Assembly (NCBI GenBank): GCA_964016885.1
Contig: OZ024741.1
Span: forward strand, 283,712,001-283,776,000
Direction: 5' to 3'
DNA from: Eledone cirrhosa
Lineage: Eukaryota
DNA: 64,000 nt
In this document: in pieces, positions 27,802 through 45,469 of the stretch
Position numbering within the stretch: position 1 is the stretch's first letter
Layout of the letters: each line of letters opens with the position of its first letter
The notes under the pieces: generated by a model
Database searches by the model: none
Told to the model about the DNA's origin: nothing
What the model saw: only the letters and a program-made list of their open reading frames with translations
Translations under genes and position numbers: made by a program

Positions 27802-28005
27802 TGTTGTGGTTGCGTTTGCTGTGTGGGTTGCTCGACTTTACAGGAGGTAAATATACAGTATTTTCCGTTGTGTTGTAATATAAATATTACACACAGTAGA
27901 TTATCAGCTCACGTAGAGTTTGCTCGACGGTTCCAGTTGTAGTTCCAAAAGTAATCCGGAGAAAAATAGAAAGATTTGAATGGATACAGTTTAGTCGAAA
28001 GGAAT

Positions 28006-28125
28006 TTATTGACACGTGTTTCTATAACAGTTACATAACCTAAAACAGCTGCTATCTACAAACTTTTAGTTATGCAGACATTCAATATTTCAATGTTATT
28101 ATTTACTGTCATTTCATCAGAATAA
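28006..28125 (-). ncRNA. Hammerhead with 91-nt stem II
   Basis: Same motif as 20912-21031. Confidence 0.85.
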
Positions 28126-28681
28126 TATTACTGAGGACCTATTTAGTTTTTATAGAGAATATTAGGAGGGAGGGGTGAAGTTGTTAGAAGAATAGTTGAA
28201 GGAGTGGTTTTTCGATAGCAGTGAGAATTCTTGGTGGCAGTGAGAAATTAGATTCCCATCTGTTGTTTTGACATTTTTTATAGAATATATTATTGGTTAT
28301 TTTTTTAAATCTATAGAAGGATTAGAGATAGTAAAGATATGCGTGGTTGGCTTTGTGTTTGCACTTAATTAACATTCAGACTTAAATTTTTCTTTCAAGT
28401 GTACGTATCCTTTCACCCACGCATTCACAAACAAATATATTTGCACACCTCTACAAAATACATATACTCACAATTCACATATTCATACTTACATATATAT
28501 ACACATGCATACACATATATATACACACATGTATTCATGTACATACATACGCGCTCATGTGTATACATTTTCATACTCAACTTATCTTTATATACACACG
28601 TATAGACACACACATATATACATACATACTCTAGTCCATGTGTACACACATACACATACATACACATCCATATACACATAT

Positions 28682-28764
<83 letters not shown>

Positions 28765-29031
28765 CACTTTAATACATGAATACACTTACATCTAACTATA
28801 CACATCAAACATATATATATATTTACTTATTTATATACATTTTCACATATATATACATACTTATGGACGTTTTTAGACACATTCATTATCGCATATTTGT
28901 ACCTATTCTCATCAGCATATCTTTCCATTATTAGTGTGGTAATTTAAGGTTATTAATATATGTTGAGAAGAGATTGTTTTTATATTTTTCTAACTAGATT
29001 AAGGTTTATATAGTTGGGGGATGTCCCTCTT

Positions 29032-30490
29032 TTATGTAATATTCGGCTTGTAGTGGGAAAAAAGGGTTTTAGTTCTGTGACGGCAGAATAATGTTCGTTC
29101 AATTCTGTTATTCAGCAGTTTCTTCTTGTGTGTGATTATGTAATAAATCTCAAGATTACACAATTTGCAGAAATTTTGGCTCCTGGAAAAGCTTTGGGTT
29201 TTAGCTAATTTTTCCCATTTTAGGGTAAACTTTTGATCGCTATCCCTGAGCGTCCAAGCTTTTTCTGCTAAAGTTGTTACATTTCTTTGGCTCTGGTGTT
29301 TTATTGAGTAAGAATGCCTATACAATCGAGATTTAAACGATGTTACCGTTGATCCCACGTAATACCACTCGTTGCCTCCGGATTTAATGGTACACTTATA
29401 AATAATATTTTTTTCCCGGCAGTTATTGCCGAGGGGGCAGTTGTCAGGATAGGTGCAGTTACAGTTGTGTACGTTGGGTTTTCTCTGGAGTAGTATTGCG
29501 GACGAACTTAGGTGTGGTTTATTTATGTTCTGTAGTGTATTGTTTACTGTTTTTTTTGTGTTCTTTGTACTTAAGTTCTTAGTGTTTTCGTTTAACCTTC
29601 TAGTATTGATCTTTTTTATGTGTTGTTCAAGGTTTAACGCTGTAGAGTATGACAGTCTTATAGTGGTAGGGTTTAGGATTTTGTGGTATTTGTGTGATGT
29701 GGGAAAATGTCTTTTAATTATTTTAAAGAAGAGTACTGGTAAATTTGTACTAATGGAACTATTGTATTCGGGGTTATACCATAAGTACTCTTTGCATCGC
29801 TTTCTATTAGTTTTGTTTGTTGGTTTACTGGTGTGCATACTATGGTAGTAAGTGTGGTTTGGTGTTGTGTTATTATATCTACCTATGTGGGATTTATTTT
29901 GGGTGTTTTGATTGTTCCCATCTATGTACTCTATTTTGTTGAGGTAGCCTGCTTTACTAAGGGCGTTATCGTAGTACTCGGCGTGTTCCTTAAATACTTG
30001 TATGTTAGAAGATAGACCCGAGATTCTAAGGGAAATATTTTTAGGGATAGATTTAATTATAGAGATGGGGTGGTTAGACCCAACATTTACGTATTTGAGA
30101 TTTTCATTCAATTTATGAAACGGTTTAATCAAACCAGAGTTTAAATTGAGTGTGACATCCAGGAAGTTAACTACTTTAAGGTTGTATTCATATGTTATAG
30201 TTAGTCCTATTTCGAGTAGTAGTTTTCTTATATCTTTGCGTAGTTTTTCTAGTTTTTGGTTATTAAGGTTTTTAGCTAGGAGGAGAACATCGTCGCGGTA
30301 TATTCCGCCGTGGAGATTGCTGAATTTTTCCTGGAGTCTAAAGGCGATAAATAACCCCACAATATCAGTTATTTCCGCCGAATCGTTAGAGCCCATTGTT
30401 ATGTCAAAGTTAGAGGGTCTATCTTTACGTACCCAATAACTGTTCTCAAATTTGACTATAGATTTCCTAGCTTCTAATATAATCTTAATT
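29032..30490 (-). pseudogene. 5'-truncated third ORF copy
   Basis: Matches from IKIILEARK onward; upstream residues in the ORF track derive from the inverted copy. Confidence 0.92.
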
Positions 30491-30819
30491 ATAGAGGTGT
30501 GCAAATATATTTGTTTGTGAATGCGTGGGTGAAAGGATACGTACACTTGAAAGAAAAATTTAAGTCTGAATGTTAATTAAGTGCAAACACAAAACGAACC
30601 ACGCATATCTTTACTATCTCTAATCCTTCTATAGATTTAGAAAAATAACCAATAATATATTCTATAAAAAATGTCAAAACAACAGATGGGAATCTAATTA
30701 CTCACTGCCACCAAGAATTCTCACTGCTATCGAAAAACCACTCCTTCAACTATTCTTCTAACAACCTCACCCCTCCCTCCTAATATTCTCTATAAAAACT
30801 AAATAGGTCCTCAGTAATA

Positions 30820-30915
30820 TTATTCTGATGAAATGACAGTAAATAATAACATTGAAATATTGAATGTCTGCATAACTAAAAGTTATGTAACTGTTATAGA
30901 AACACGTGTCAATAA
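30820..30915 (+). ncRNA. Hammerhead, stem II shortened by a 24-nt deletion
   Basis: Same motif; deletion leaves tgcataact-aaa-agttatgta hairpin. Confidence 0.85.
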
Positions 30916-31119
30916 ATTCCTTTCAACTAAACTGTATCCATTCAAATCTTTCTATTTTTCTCCGGATTACTTTTGGAACTACAACTGGAACCGTCGAGCA
31001 AACTCTACGTGAGCTGATAATCTACTGTGTGTAATATTTATATTACAACACAACGGAAAATACTGTATATTTAGCTCCTGTAAAGTCGAGCAACCCACAC
31101 AGCAAACGCAACCACAACA

Positions 31120-33434
31120 ATGGAAAAACACTACCTGGATATGTCACTCAAAAACATACCAACCCAAGGTAGAAAGGAATATTTATTGAGTATGATTAAA
31201 AAAACTAATGAATTCATTCGACGTGTCAGGTGGAAAACGCTCCACTATGATAGAAGCCGTATGAACTCAACATTAGAAAGTGGTGTAAACAACAAATTCG
31301 GTTTTAGGACTTGTAAAAACCCACCCACCACCCACTATTAGATGCATTTGAGCAGGACCTTATGAACTTAATCCTTAAATTTAAATTCAAAGGACGCAAC
31401 ACCAACAGCAAATTACAGAAAGATATAAAAAAAACTACTGGACGACCTTAAAAACACCAAAGGAATTGTAGTAAAAGCGGACAAAACATCAAACCTGTAC
31501 ACTATGGATTGCACTACATACAACAACTTCATTCGAAAAGAATTACATAAAAAATATAGAAAAACGAGTGAAGTAACCCTTAAGCACATCAATGATGAGG
31601 CATGCGAAATAGTGAAAAATCTCGGAATCGAAGATAGGACAGGACCACTCTTACCGGCGGTACCCACCTTCAATCTTAAGGACCACAAGGTAAACTTTGA
31701 TAATGACCCTAAAATTAGATTAATCTGCCCCTCTAAATCAGATATAGGTAAAATAAGCAAATATATCTTAGATAGAATCATCCCCCAAATTAAGGCTAAG
31801 GTTAACATTAAACTTTGGGGGAAGACCCAAGAAGCAATAAGATGGTTTAATAGCATTAGTAATAAGAATAAATCTAAGTTTATCCAGTTTGATATCGATG
31901 AATATTACTCATCGATATCACCTGAAACTTTGAATAGAGCCATTAAGTTTGCTAAGGATAACTCTGACCTTACAAACGATGAAATTAAGATTATATTAGA
32001 AGCTAGGAAAACTATAGTCAAATTTGAGAACAGTTATTGGGTACGTAAAGATAGACCCTCTAACTTTGACATAACAATGGGCTCTAACGATTCGGCGGAA
32101 ATAACTGATATTGTGGGGTTATTTATCGCCTTTAGACTCCAGGAAAAATTCAGCAATCTCCATGGCGGAATATACCGCGACGATGTTCTCCTCCTAGCTA
32201 AAAACCTTAATAACCAAAAACTAGAAAAACTACGCAAAGATATAAGAAAACTACTACTCGAAATAGGACTAACTATAACATATGAATACAACCTTAAAGT
32301 AGTTAACTTCCTGGATGTCACACTCAATTTAAACTCTGGTTTGATTAAACCGTTTCATAAATTGAATGAAAATCTCAAATACGTAAATGTTGGGTCTAAC
32401 CACCCCATCTCTATAATTAAATCTATCCCTAAAAATATTTCCCTTAGAATCTCGGGTCTATCTTCTAACATACAAGTATTTAAGGAACACGCCGAGTACT
32501 ACGATAACGCCCTTAGTAAAGCAGGCTACCTCAACAAAATAGAGTACATAGATGGGAACAATCAAAACACCCAAAATAAATCCCACATAGGTAGATATAA
32601 TAACACAACACCAAACCACACTTACTACCATAGTATGCACACCAGTAAACCAACAAACAAAACTAATAGAAAGCGATGCAAAGAGTACTTATGGTATAAC
32701 CCCGAATACAATAGTTCCATTAGTACAAATTTACCAGTACTCTTCTTTAAAATAATTAAAAGACATTTTCCCACATCACACAAATACCACAAAATCCTAA
32801 ACCCTACCACTATAAGACTGTCATACTCTACAGCGTTAAACCTTGAACAACACATAAAAAAGATCAATACTAGAAGGTTAAACGAAAACACTAAGAACTT
32901 AAGTACAAAGAACACAAAAAAAACAGTGAACAATACACTACAGAACATAAATAAACCGCACCTAAGTTCGTCCGCAATACTACTCCAGAGAAAACCCAAC
33001 GTACACAACTGTAACTGCACCTATCCTGACAACTGCCCCCTCGGCAATAACTGCCTGGGAAAAAAATATTATTTATAAGTGTACCATTAAATCCGGAGGC
33101 AACGAGTGGTATTACGTGGGATCAACGGCAACATCGTTTAAATCTCGATTGTATAGGCATTCTTACTCAATAAAACACCAGAAATGTAACAACTTTAGCA
33201 GAAAAAGCTTGGACGCTCAGGGATAGCGATCAAAAGTTTACCCTAAAATGGGAAAAATTAGCTAAAACCCAAAGCTTTTCCAGGAGCCAAAATTTCTGCA
33301 AATTGTGTAATCTTGAGATTTATTACATAATCACACACAAGAAGAAACTGCTGAATAACAGAATTGAACGAACATTATTATGCCGTCACAGAACTAAAAC
33401 CCTTTTTTCCCACTACAAGCCGAATATTACATAA
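31120..33434 (+). pseudogene. Fourth ORF copy with small indels (about 31330, 31430, 33055, 33180)
   Basis: 2315 nt versus 2322 nt for the intact copy. Confidence 0.92.
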
Positions 33435-33701
33435 AAGAGGGACATCCCCCAACTATATAAACCTTAATCTAGTTAGAAAAATATAAAAACAATCTCTTCT
33501 CAACATATATTAATAACCTTAAATTACCACACTAATAATGGAAAGATATGCTGATGAGAATAGGTACAAATATGCGATAATGAATGTGTCTAAAAACGTC
33601 CATAAGTATGTATATATATGTGAAAATGTATATAAATAAGTAAATATATATATATGTTTGATGTGTATAGTTAGATGTAAGTGTATTCATTTATTAAAGT
33701 G

Positions 33702-33784
<83 letters not shown>

Positions 33785-34340
33785 ATATGTGTATATGGAT
33801 GTGTATGTATGTGTATGTGTGTACACATGGACTAGAGTATGTATGTATATATGTGTGTGTCTATACGTGTGTATATAAAGATAAGTTGAGTATGAAAATG
33901 TATACACATGAGCGCGTATGTATGTACATGAATACATGTGTGTATATATATGTGTATGCATGTGTATATATATGTAAGTATGAATATGTGAATTGTGAGT
34001 ATATGTATTTTGTAGAGGTGTGCAAATATATTTGTTTGTGAATGCGTGGGTGAAAGGATACGTACACTTGAAAGAAAAATTTAAGTCTGAATGTTAATTA
34101 AGTGCAAACACAAAACCAACCACGCATATCTTTACTATCTCTAATCCTTCTATAGATTTAGAAAAATAACCAATAATATATTCTATAAAAAATGTCAAAA
34201 CAACAGATGGGAATCTAATTACTCACTGCCACCAAGAATTCTTACTGCTATCGAAAAACCACTCCTTCAACTATTCTTCTAACAACTTCACCCCTCCCTC
34301 CTAATATTCTCTATAAAAACTAAATAGGTCCTCAGTAATA

Positions 34341-34460
34341 TTATTCTGATGAAATGACAGTAAATAATAACATTGAAATATTGAATGTCTGCATAACTAA
34401 AAGTTTGTAGATAGCAGCTGTTTTAGGTGATGTAACTGTTATAGAAACACGTGTCAATAA
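34341..34460 (+). ncRNA. Hammerhead with 91-nt stem II
   Basis: Core 34346-34352, GAAA 34444-34447, GUC 34453-34455. Confidence 0.85.
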
Positions 34461-34494
34461 ATTCCTTTCAACTAAACTGTATCCATTCAAATCT

Positions 34495-37158
<2,664 letters not shown>

Positions 37159-37221
37159 GTATATATATATATATATAATATGTATATATATAATATGTAT
37201 ATATATATATATATATATATA

Positions 37222-37288
<67 letters not shown>

Positions 37289-38189
37289 GTATAAATTTAT
37301 ATATTATGTATATATATATAAAATATGTATAATATACATAAATATTGATGGTGTGTATAATATGCATAAATATGTATAATATGCATAAATATTGATGGTG
37401 TGTGCCTATATATTACTACATATGCCCGTGTGTGTATGTACGTATATGCGCACATATGTGTGTGTTGAACAAAGGACTAACTTTGGGATGGACGTAGAAA
37501 AATTCTTCAGGAAAGAAAGAAAAAAATAATTATTCACAAACTTGACAGGTGCGATTTGCCCGTGACCATTCTCAACACAAAAGCAATGCTAAAAGCTTTT
37601 TCCCCTGAATAAAGGAATTTTTCGAGAATGACCGGGGCAGGCCGCACTTGCTACATTTCTCCCCACCCAACCCTACTCACCGTCTCACCTCATTACTGCT
37701 ATGAACACTTTTTCAACACACCTACACCCATGCACTTATTAAAGGGGGAGAAAAGAAACCCCCACCACACCACAGACATGTTAAATCCCTATATATAGAA
37801 CAACACACCACATACACATGAGTTTGACAAGCGCACCTCAGCGTGAAAGGTCTTTCTAAAAACGAAACAATACCTCCTACGTTAACCAAGAACTCCTAAG
37901 ACCTAACCAACAACCAACAACTTAATTTATAAAATAATTTTTTTTAAGAAAAATTCTTCTTGGATTTTGTGAAGAAAATAAATTTGTTGAAAGCACAAGT
38001 GAAGCCATTTTTTCTTCCCCCCTATCTTAATATACCTAACTGTACCAATGATTACACACATTTTCCAATATATATATATATATATATATAATATGTATAT
38101 ATATATATCTATATAATATATATATATATATATATAATATGTATATATATATATATATAATATGTATATATATATATATATATATAATA

Positions 38190-38263
<74 letters not shown>

Positions 38264-38286
38264 GTATATATATATATATATATATA

Positions 38287-38370
<84 letters not shown>

Positions 38371-38413
38371 GTATATATATATATAATATGTATATATATA
38401 TATATATATAATA

Positions 38414-38479
<66 letters not shown>

Positions 38480-38502
38480 GTATATATATATATATATATA
38501 TA

Positions 38503-38648
<146 letters not shown>

Positions 38649-38838
38649 TGTAGATAAATCAACCAAAAGTTTACGGTAGTGTCCAATCCGTATGAAGAAC
38701 TCAATGTAATCCGGATATCATGAAAAGAGAAGATGCATTCAAAAACTACTTTCGGTGAAAAATAAATGGAAAACAGAGTCAAGATAAATTAATAAAATAA
38801 TGAATAAACAAAGAAACAGTTCCTTATATTAAAAAAAT

Positions 38839-38980
38839 TCATCATTTTACGATCGTTTCTAGGATATATATGTGTTAGAGTTGGTATGCATATTCTATAG
38901 ATCTATGTACAATATTTATACAAACTATCAGAGGGAATATACATACCTACACATATATATGCTGTCTTCAGAAATAATGA
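38839..38980 (-). ncRNA. Hammerhead with 105-nt stem II
   Basis: tcattattt-CTGAAGA-[38964-38860 rod]-GAAAC-GATC-GTA-aaatgatga. Confidence 0.85.
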
Positions 38981-39625
38981 TATTTGTTTATTGAAAAAAA
39001 CAAAGATTCAATACAATAGGTCTTGAATTGACCAATAGAGAGATAGTGAGGGTCAGGATAGTAATATAGTAGTAGAAGAACCTTAAATTATGGGTAGAGG
39101 AAGGTAGATTTCAGTTTTGGATGGAAAAGAATATTATGAATGAAGGATTATTTTAGGGAAGGAATAGGTCTTATGCTGACCTCAGAAATAATTTTATTTG
39201 TTCATTGAATAAAACCAACAAAGATCTAATATATTCTGTCTGTTTGGTAAGAGGTTTAGAATTAACCAATAGAAAGTTAATAATTGGCCAAATGGTAAAA
39301 TAGTAGTAATTGAAGCTTATTTTAGGGGTGAAAATAGGTCAGTGGTCAATAAAAGGTATACAAGCAGTTGCTGTTATAAAATAGTAATGCCAGTACAAAT
39401 ATCTAAGGTGACTAAAGTTTTAAGATAAGAATGTTAGTGAAAAAAATACATCTATTAAAGAATATAAATTAATTTAATTGATGGGTATATTTATATTGAT
39501 AAAATTATACTAATACATATAGATATGATAAATAAGAGTGAGATGCAGTTGAAAAGTGCTGTTGAAGATGAGGGGAAATTAAAAGAATATAAAAATAATA
39601 TATATATATATATATATACCTATAC

Positions 39626-39662
<37 letters not shown>

Positions 39663-39748
39663 CACATACACACATATATATATATACATATACATTATAT
39701 ATATATACACTTATATATATATATATATACATACATATATATACACAT

Positions 39749-39779
<31 letters not shown>

Positions 39780-40340
39780 CATACACATACACATATATAT
39801 ATATATATATGTATATACATAGACATATACATGCATACATACATACATACACATATATATACACACACATATACACTTATATATACATATAATTATTGGG
39901 GGGGGGATTAAATTTATTAGTGAGAAATAGTAAATATATATAGTTTTCAAGGAACATAGAGTCATAACCTGAAGTTAAAGCATTATATATGTTTACTTAA
40001 TGGTATCAGTTTTAGGAAATGATATTTGTAAGAAGGAAAGCAAAATTATGTAGTTCATCAGTAGTAGAATATTAATTATAGGTTAACTAAATTAAAAATA
40101 GTATTATATTAATTTCTAAAGTGTATATTAATTAGGTTTATAATTTTTAAAGCAGAATTATGTAGTTCATCAGTAGTAGAATATTAATTATAGGTTAACT
40201 AAATTAAAAATAATTTATAAATTAATTTCTAAAGTGTATATTAATTAGGTTTATAATATTTAAAGGTTTTTCTCAGTTTATGATTACACGATATTATTAA
40301 TTCCTGTCGCTTATTTAATAGGATATCCTTAGATTTCATT

Positions 40341-40524
40341 GGGGGATTGGCAGTATCGGTAGAGAGTCGGACGCCATGCTTTCCAGCATAGTTACGTCCC
40401 TTTACGGTCTGAGTTCAAATCCCGTCGAGGTTAACTTTGCCTTTCATCCTTACGGGGTCGATAAAATAAAGTACCAGTAATACACTGGGTATTTGCTGGC
40501 CTTGTGCCAAAAGTAGAAACAATT
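40341..40524 (+). mobile_element. tRNA-derived SINE (octopus-type)
   Basis: A box tggcagtatcgg, B box gagttcaaatccc, core tttgcctttcatcct.cggggtcgataaaataaagtaccagt; splits the EN ORF. Confidence 0.85.
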
Positions 40525-42495
40525 ATTTCAAAAAGTTCTTGGGAACATAATCTACATTCATTTCTACTATTTTGATAAGGGGTGGCCCTTTTGAGCACAC
40601 TCCAGGTCAGGTCATATTCTATATTCCTCTTTCTATAACTATTTATTATTTCAGCTAGAGATGTTGTATTAGATAGTGCGGCATTTTTAAAACTATGTTT
40701 GTGGGTATTAAATCTTACCTTAAATTTGTTAGAGGTAGCTCCTATATATGAATAAATTGAGTCCTTAGTGTTAACTTTACATTTATATACTATGTTATTA
40801 ACAAGGCAATTTCCTTTTAATGGACAGTTTGCCTTGTTTCTACAGAAACAAGGCAAACTGTCCATTAAAAGGAAATTGCCTTGTATATACCATATCTATC
40901 TTCTTACGCATTAGTATATACCATATCTATCTTCTTACGCATTAAATTTTCACTATTAACACCTCATGAGTATATATCTGATTATATATTTTACATTATT
41001 TTATTTTATTTCACTTTATTTTATTTTATTTTATTTGGATTCTTCTTTGGATAACGCCCCCCCCCCATGCGCACATAAACTTATTGTCAACCCCTCCAAA
41101 TAGATTATGATTATATTTAATCCCCCCCCCTCTTTTACGCTCCTTTCTATTATTTAATATAGTATATTGACTATGATTTTATGCTCTTTTGTATCCTCCG
41201 TATATTTCTTTTTTTCTGTCCCTATTAGCCTACCATAATTCTGCTTAAGTCGGTTTTTTAGATATCGTTATGTAAATGATAGTAGAAAATTTCATTCCTT
41301 TATGTAAATATTTGTAGTGAAATATTAACGTTTATAAACTTTGATTACTTAAACCATAGCTAATATTGTATTGCCTTACTGGATATTTTAAATATTTTTA
41401 ATATTAATTTATCAAATAGGGTTTTCGAGTCATTTACCGGGGTTGTTTCCTAAGTTTTTACTTAACGGCATGTGAGACCTAAGTGTATACTTTTGTTTTT
41501 GTTTTTTGATTTCTGGTTGATTCTATTTATTTATTTTATTTGTAATACTACTGTGCATTCTATTTACTGTCTGGCCCTTACTCACTCATCCACATATATG
41601 TCTGTTTACCAACCTTGTAATTATAAGTAATTATATATTATATTATGTTAATTATTTTATATTGTATTTGTTATTGTACTATCGATCATTATTACTTACC
41701 GTTGATTATATGTACCATTGTGATATGTTAAACTTTATATATCATGTAAGATGTTTATATTTTTGTACCATCATAATTTTGGGTATTGTACAATTTATTT
41801 TTTCTCACCTACTCTGTAACTCTATATGAATTGATTTGTTAACTTGCATGCCATTATATATTGTATATTATATATGTTATTATATTATTATTATAGTATT
41901 ATTGTGACATCTATATTGTTTGTGTAAATTAACCGGAGATTATCTATTCTATTATATTATATTATATAGTATATAATTGTATAGTTTATTATATATTATA
42001 TATGTTACTTATAATCATATCATATTATTACCTCATGTATATTAGATATACGTATTATTATTATTATTATTATTATTATTTTTATTCCTATCAAGCTTAT
42101 TTATATTTAAACTCTTAATAAGGTTTAATTTGTGCTGTTGAAGATGGATATGTGTATTGATGTATGTGTATATGTGCGTACGTGTGCGTACATATATACA
42201 TATGTATATTGTACCTTTTAATTTTTATTGTAATTTTAATATTGGTACAAGTATATTATATTATATTATATAGTATTATATATAATTCCTGCTCTATATA
42301 ACCACCTTTGTTTAGCTCTAGGTTTTTTTGCTTTGGACTATATTTGTAATATGGTTCTAAATGTTATACACCTCCTTAGTGATTTTTATTATATATTTTT
42401 ACCCATAATCTTGCAATACTTTAGTGTATGTACACTCCATATTCTTCGGAGTTTCCGGCTTGTATTGGCCGATAATACTTCTTGTTGTTTTAATT

Positions 42496-42533
42496 GCCCT
42501 GATGAGTCCTTAATAGGACGAAACATTGTTGGC
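42496..42533 (+). ncRNA. Minimal type I hammerhead at the end of an AT-rich 3' UTR (about 40885-42580)
   Basis: gcc-CTGATGA-gtcct taat aggac-GAAAC-ATT-GTT-ggc, then AATAAA. Confidence 0.88.
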
Positions 42534-42612
42534 TAATAAAGACTTTTGATGTATTGAAGGCTTCTTTGTTTTACTTTCATAATATATATATATATATATA
42601 TATATAATATGC

Positions 42613-42681
<69 letters not shown>

Positions 42682-42715
42682 ATATGTATAAATATATATA
42701 TATATATATAATATG

Positions 42716-43058
<343 letters not shown>

Positions 43059-43076
43059 GTATAAATATATATATAT

Positions 43077-43132
<56 letters not shown>

Positions 43133-43133
43133 G

Positions 43134-43172
<39 letters not shown>

Positions 43173-43257
43173 AAAGTTATATTTAAAATTGTTGGGTTAC
43201 AACTAGTAAATATTTATAACTGATATAAAAGCACTCGACAAATATTTGGAGTATATT

Positions 43258-43404
43258 TACAATATTAAATAAATGGAAACTATATTTATAAAAGCATATT
43301 TATTTCATTATATATATTTCGGGGATATCAATCATATCCCCGAAATATATATAATGAAATAAATATGGTTTTATAAATATAGTTTCCATTTATTTAATAT
43401 TGTA
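43258..43404. repeat. Palindrome centred on a hammerhead stem II-like hairpin
   Basis: ggggatat-caatc-atatcccc-GAAA-TATATA-TA, then AATAAA; 5' core absent. Confidence 0.85.
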
Positions 43405-43466
43405 TATATATATATATATATATATATAATATGTATAAATATATATATATATATATATATAATATG

Positions 43467-43692
<226 letters not shown>

Positions 43693-43693
43693 G

Positions 43694-43753
<60 letters not shown>

Positions 43754-43770
43754 GTATATATATATATATA

Positions 43771-43847
<77 letters not shown>

Positions 43848-43872
43848 GTATATATATATATATAATATGTAT

Positions 43873-43951
<79 letters not shown>

Positions 43952-44171
43952 CGTTTCTGAATTTGTTTGGCAAGATTCTTTATATGAAATCGTGTGTTGA
44001 AACTGTTATTTTTATACTTTGGGAGGGTCATGTTGCCAATAAGAAACACACGCACCCGTTTCTTTCACTTCAATTTATTATAATAAATTTATAAATTTAG
44101 GAATTTATATATTTCTGGTTGGTTGGTTGGTTGGTTGGTTGGTTCCACAACCAGATAGTTGTTTATATATT

Positions 44172-44214
44172 GTCAAAGTTATTTCGTCACACATTCTGTG
44201 ACCTCTTCAGTGAC
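44172..44214 (-). ncRNA. Type I hammerhead, slightly degenerate
   Basis: gtca-CTGAAGA-g gtcaca gaatg tgtgac-GAAA-TAA-CTT-tgac. Confidence 0.7.
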
Positions 44215-45075
44215 TGGGGATTCTTTTCTTTGTTTTTGTGCCTCTCCTTTGTTCTGTCCTACGCCATTTTGTTTCTGTGTGTGTGTTGTGTGCTCAGTCT
44301 GCGCATGCGCCACATCCGGGTGTCTGTGTGTGTTTATATTCGTTTATTTATTTGTTTATTTACATGTTACCGATTGGTTGTTTGTTCTATGTGCGTGTGT
44401 GTTTTCATTTTGTCTTTAATTGTAAGTTGTGATGTTGCTGTTCCACTCATATTTTCTATTTAATTTTGGTTGTAATTCTTTTATGTTTATTGCCTTTGTG
44501 ATTTGTCTAAACATTGCGTCTTTTCTGTGTGTAAATTCTGTTTTTATTTCTATGTCCTCTAATTTACCCTTATGTTCTATTTTAGCATGTTGGTAGAGTA
44601 CAGATGATTCTTTACTATCTTGAAGGTCTCGCCAGTGTTCATTTATCCGTTCCCCTACACTACGAGCTGTATTTTTACACTATATTTTTGTCTCTACATT
44701 GTCTTTCAGTACATCTTATGCTATACACTACATTTCTAGTTTTACATTTAATATGGGGGCTTATTTTACAGGTTAAACATTTCTTATCTATACAGGGTGG
44801 TCTTTGAAAAGGGTATGTCTTGCTAATAAGTGTTTTATAATATGTATAATTATATATATATATATATATATATAATATGTATAAATATATATATTTAATA
44901 TGTATAAATATATTTATATATATATATGTATATATATATATAATATGTATAAATATATATATATATATATATAATATGTATAAATATATATATATATATA
45001 TATATATAATATGTATAAATATATATATATATATAATATGTATAAATATATATATATATATATATATATAATATG

Positions 45076-45121
<46 letters not shown>

Positions 45122-45122
45122 G

Positions 45123-45158
<36 letters not shown>

Positions 45159-45289
45159 GTATAAATATATATATATATATATATATAATATGTATAAATA
45201 TATATATATATATATAATATGTATAAATATATATATATATATATATATAATATGTATAAATATATATATATATATATATATATAATATG

Positions 45290-45449
<160 letters not shown>

Positions 45450-45469
45450 GTATATATATATATATTAGA

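Larger units (their letters stand above)
30492..34498 (+). mobile_element. Inverted full-length copy of the main PLE with pLTR at both ends
   Basis: Starts inside the 3' UTR, HHR, ORF, 3' UTR, HHR, ends ttctat|(AT)n. Confidence 0.96.

Noticed and set aside
30491-30546. N-terminus MYVSFHPRIHKQIYLHTS of the 504-aa ORF
   Set aside because: Chimeric read-through across the inversion junction
33551-33600. Second CTGATGA in the main family 3' UTR
   Set aside because: No stem II, GAAA or UH in the right geometry
40341-40430. tRNA gene
   Set aside because: A and B boxes belong to a SINE head; no cloverleaf
44795-44840. TTGAAAA possible hammerhead 5' half
   Set aside because: Runs into microsatellite with no GAAA or stem III
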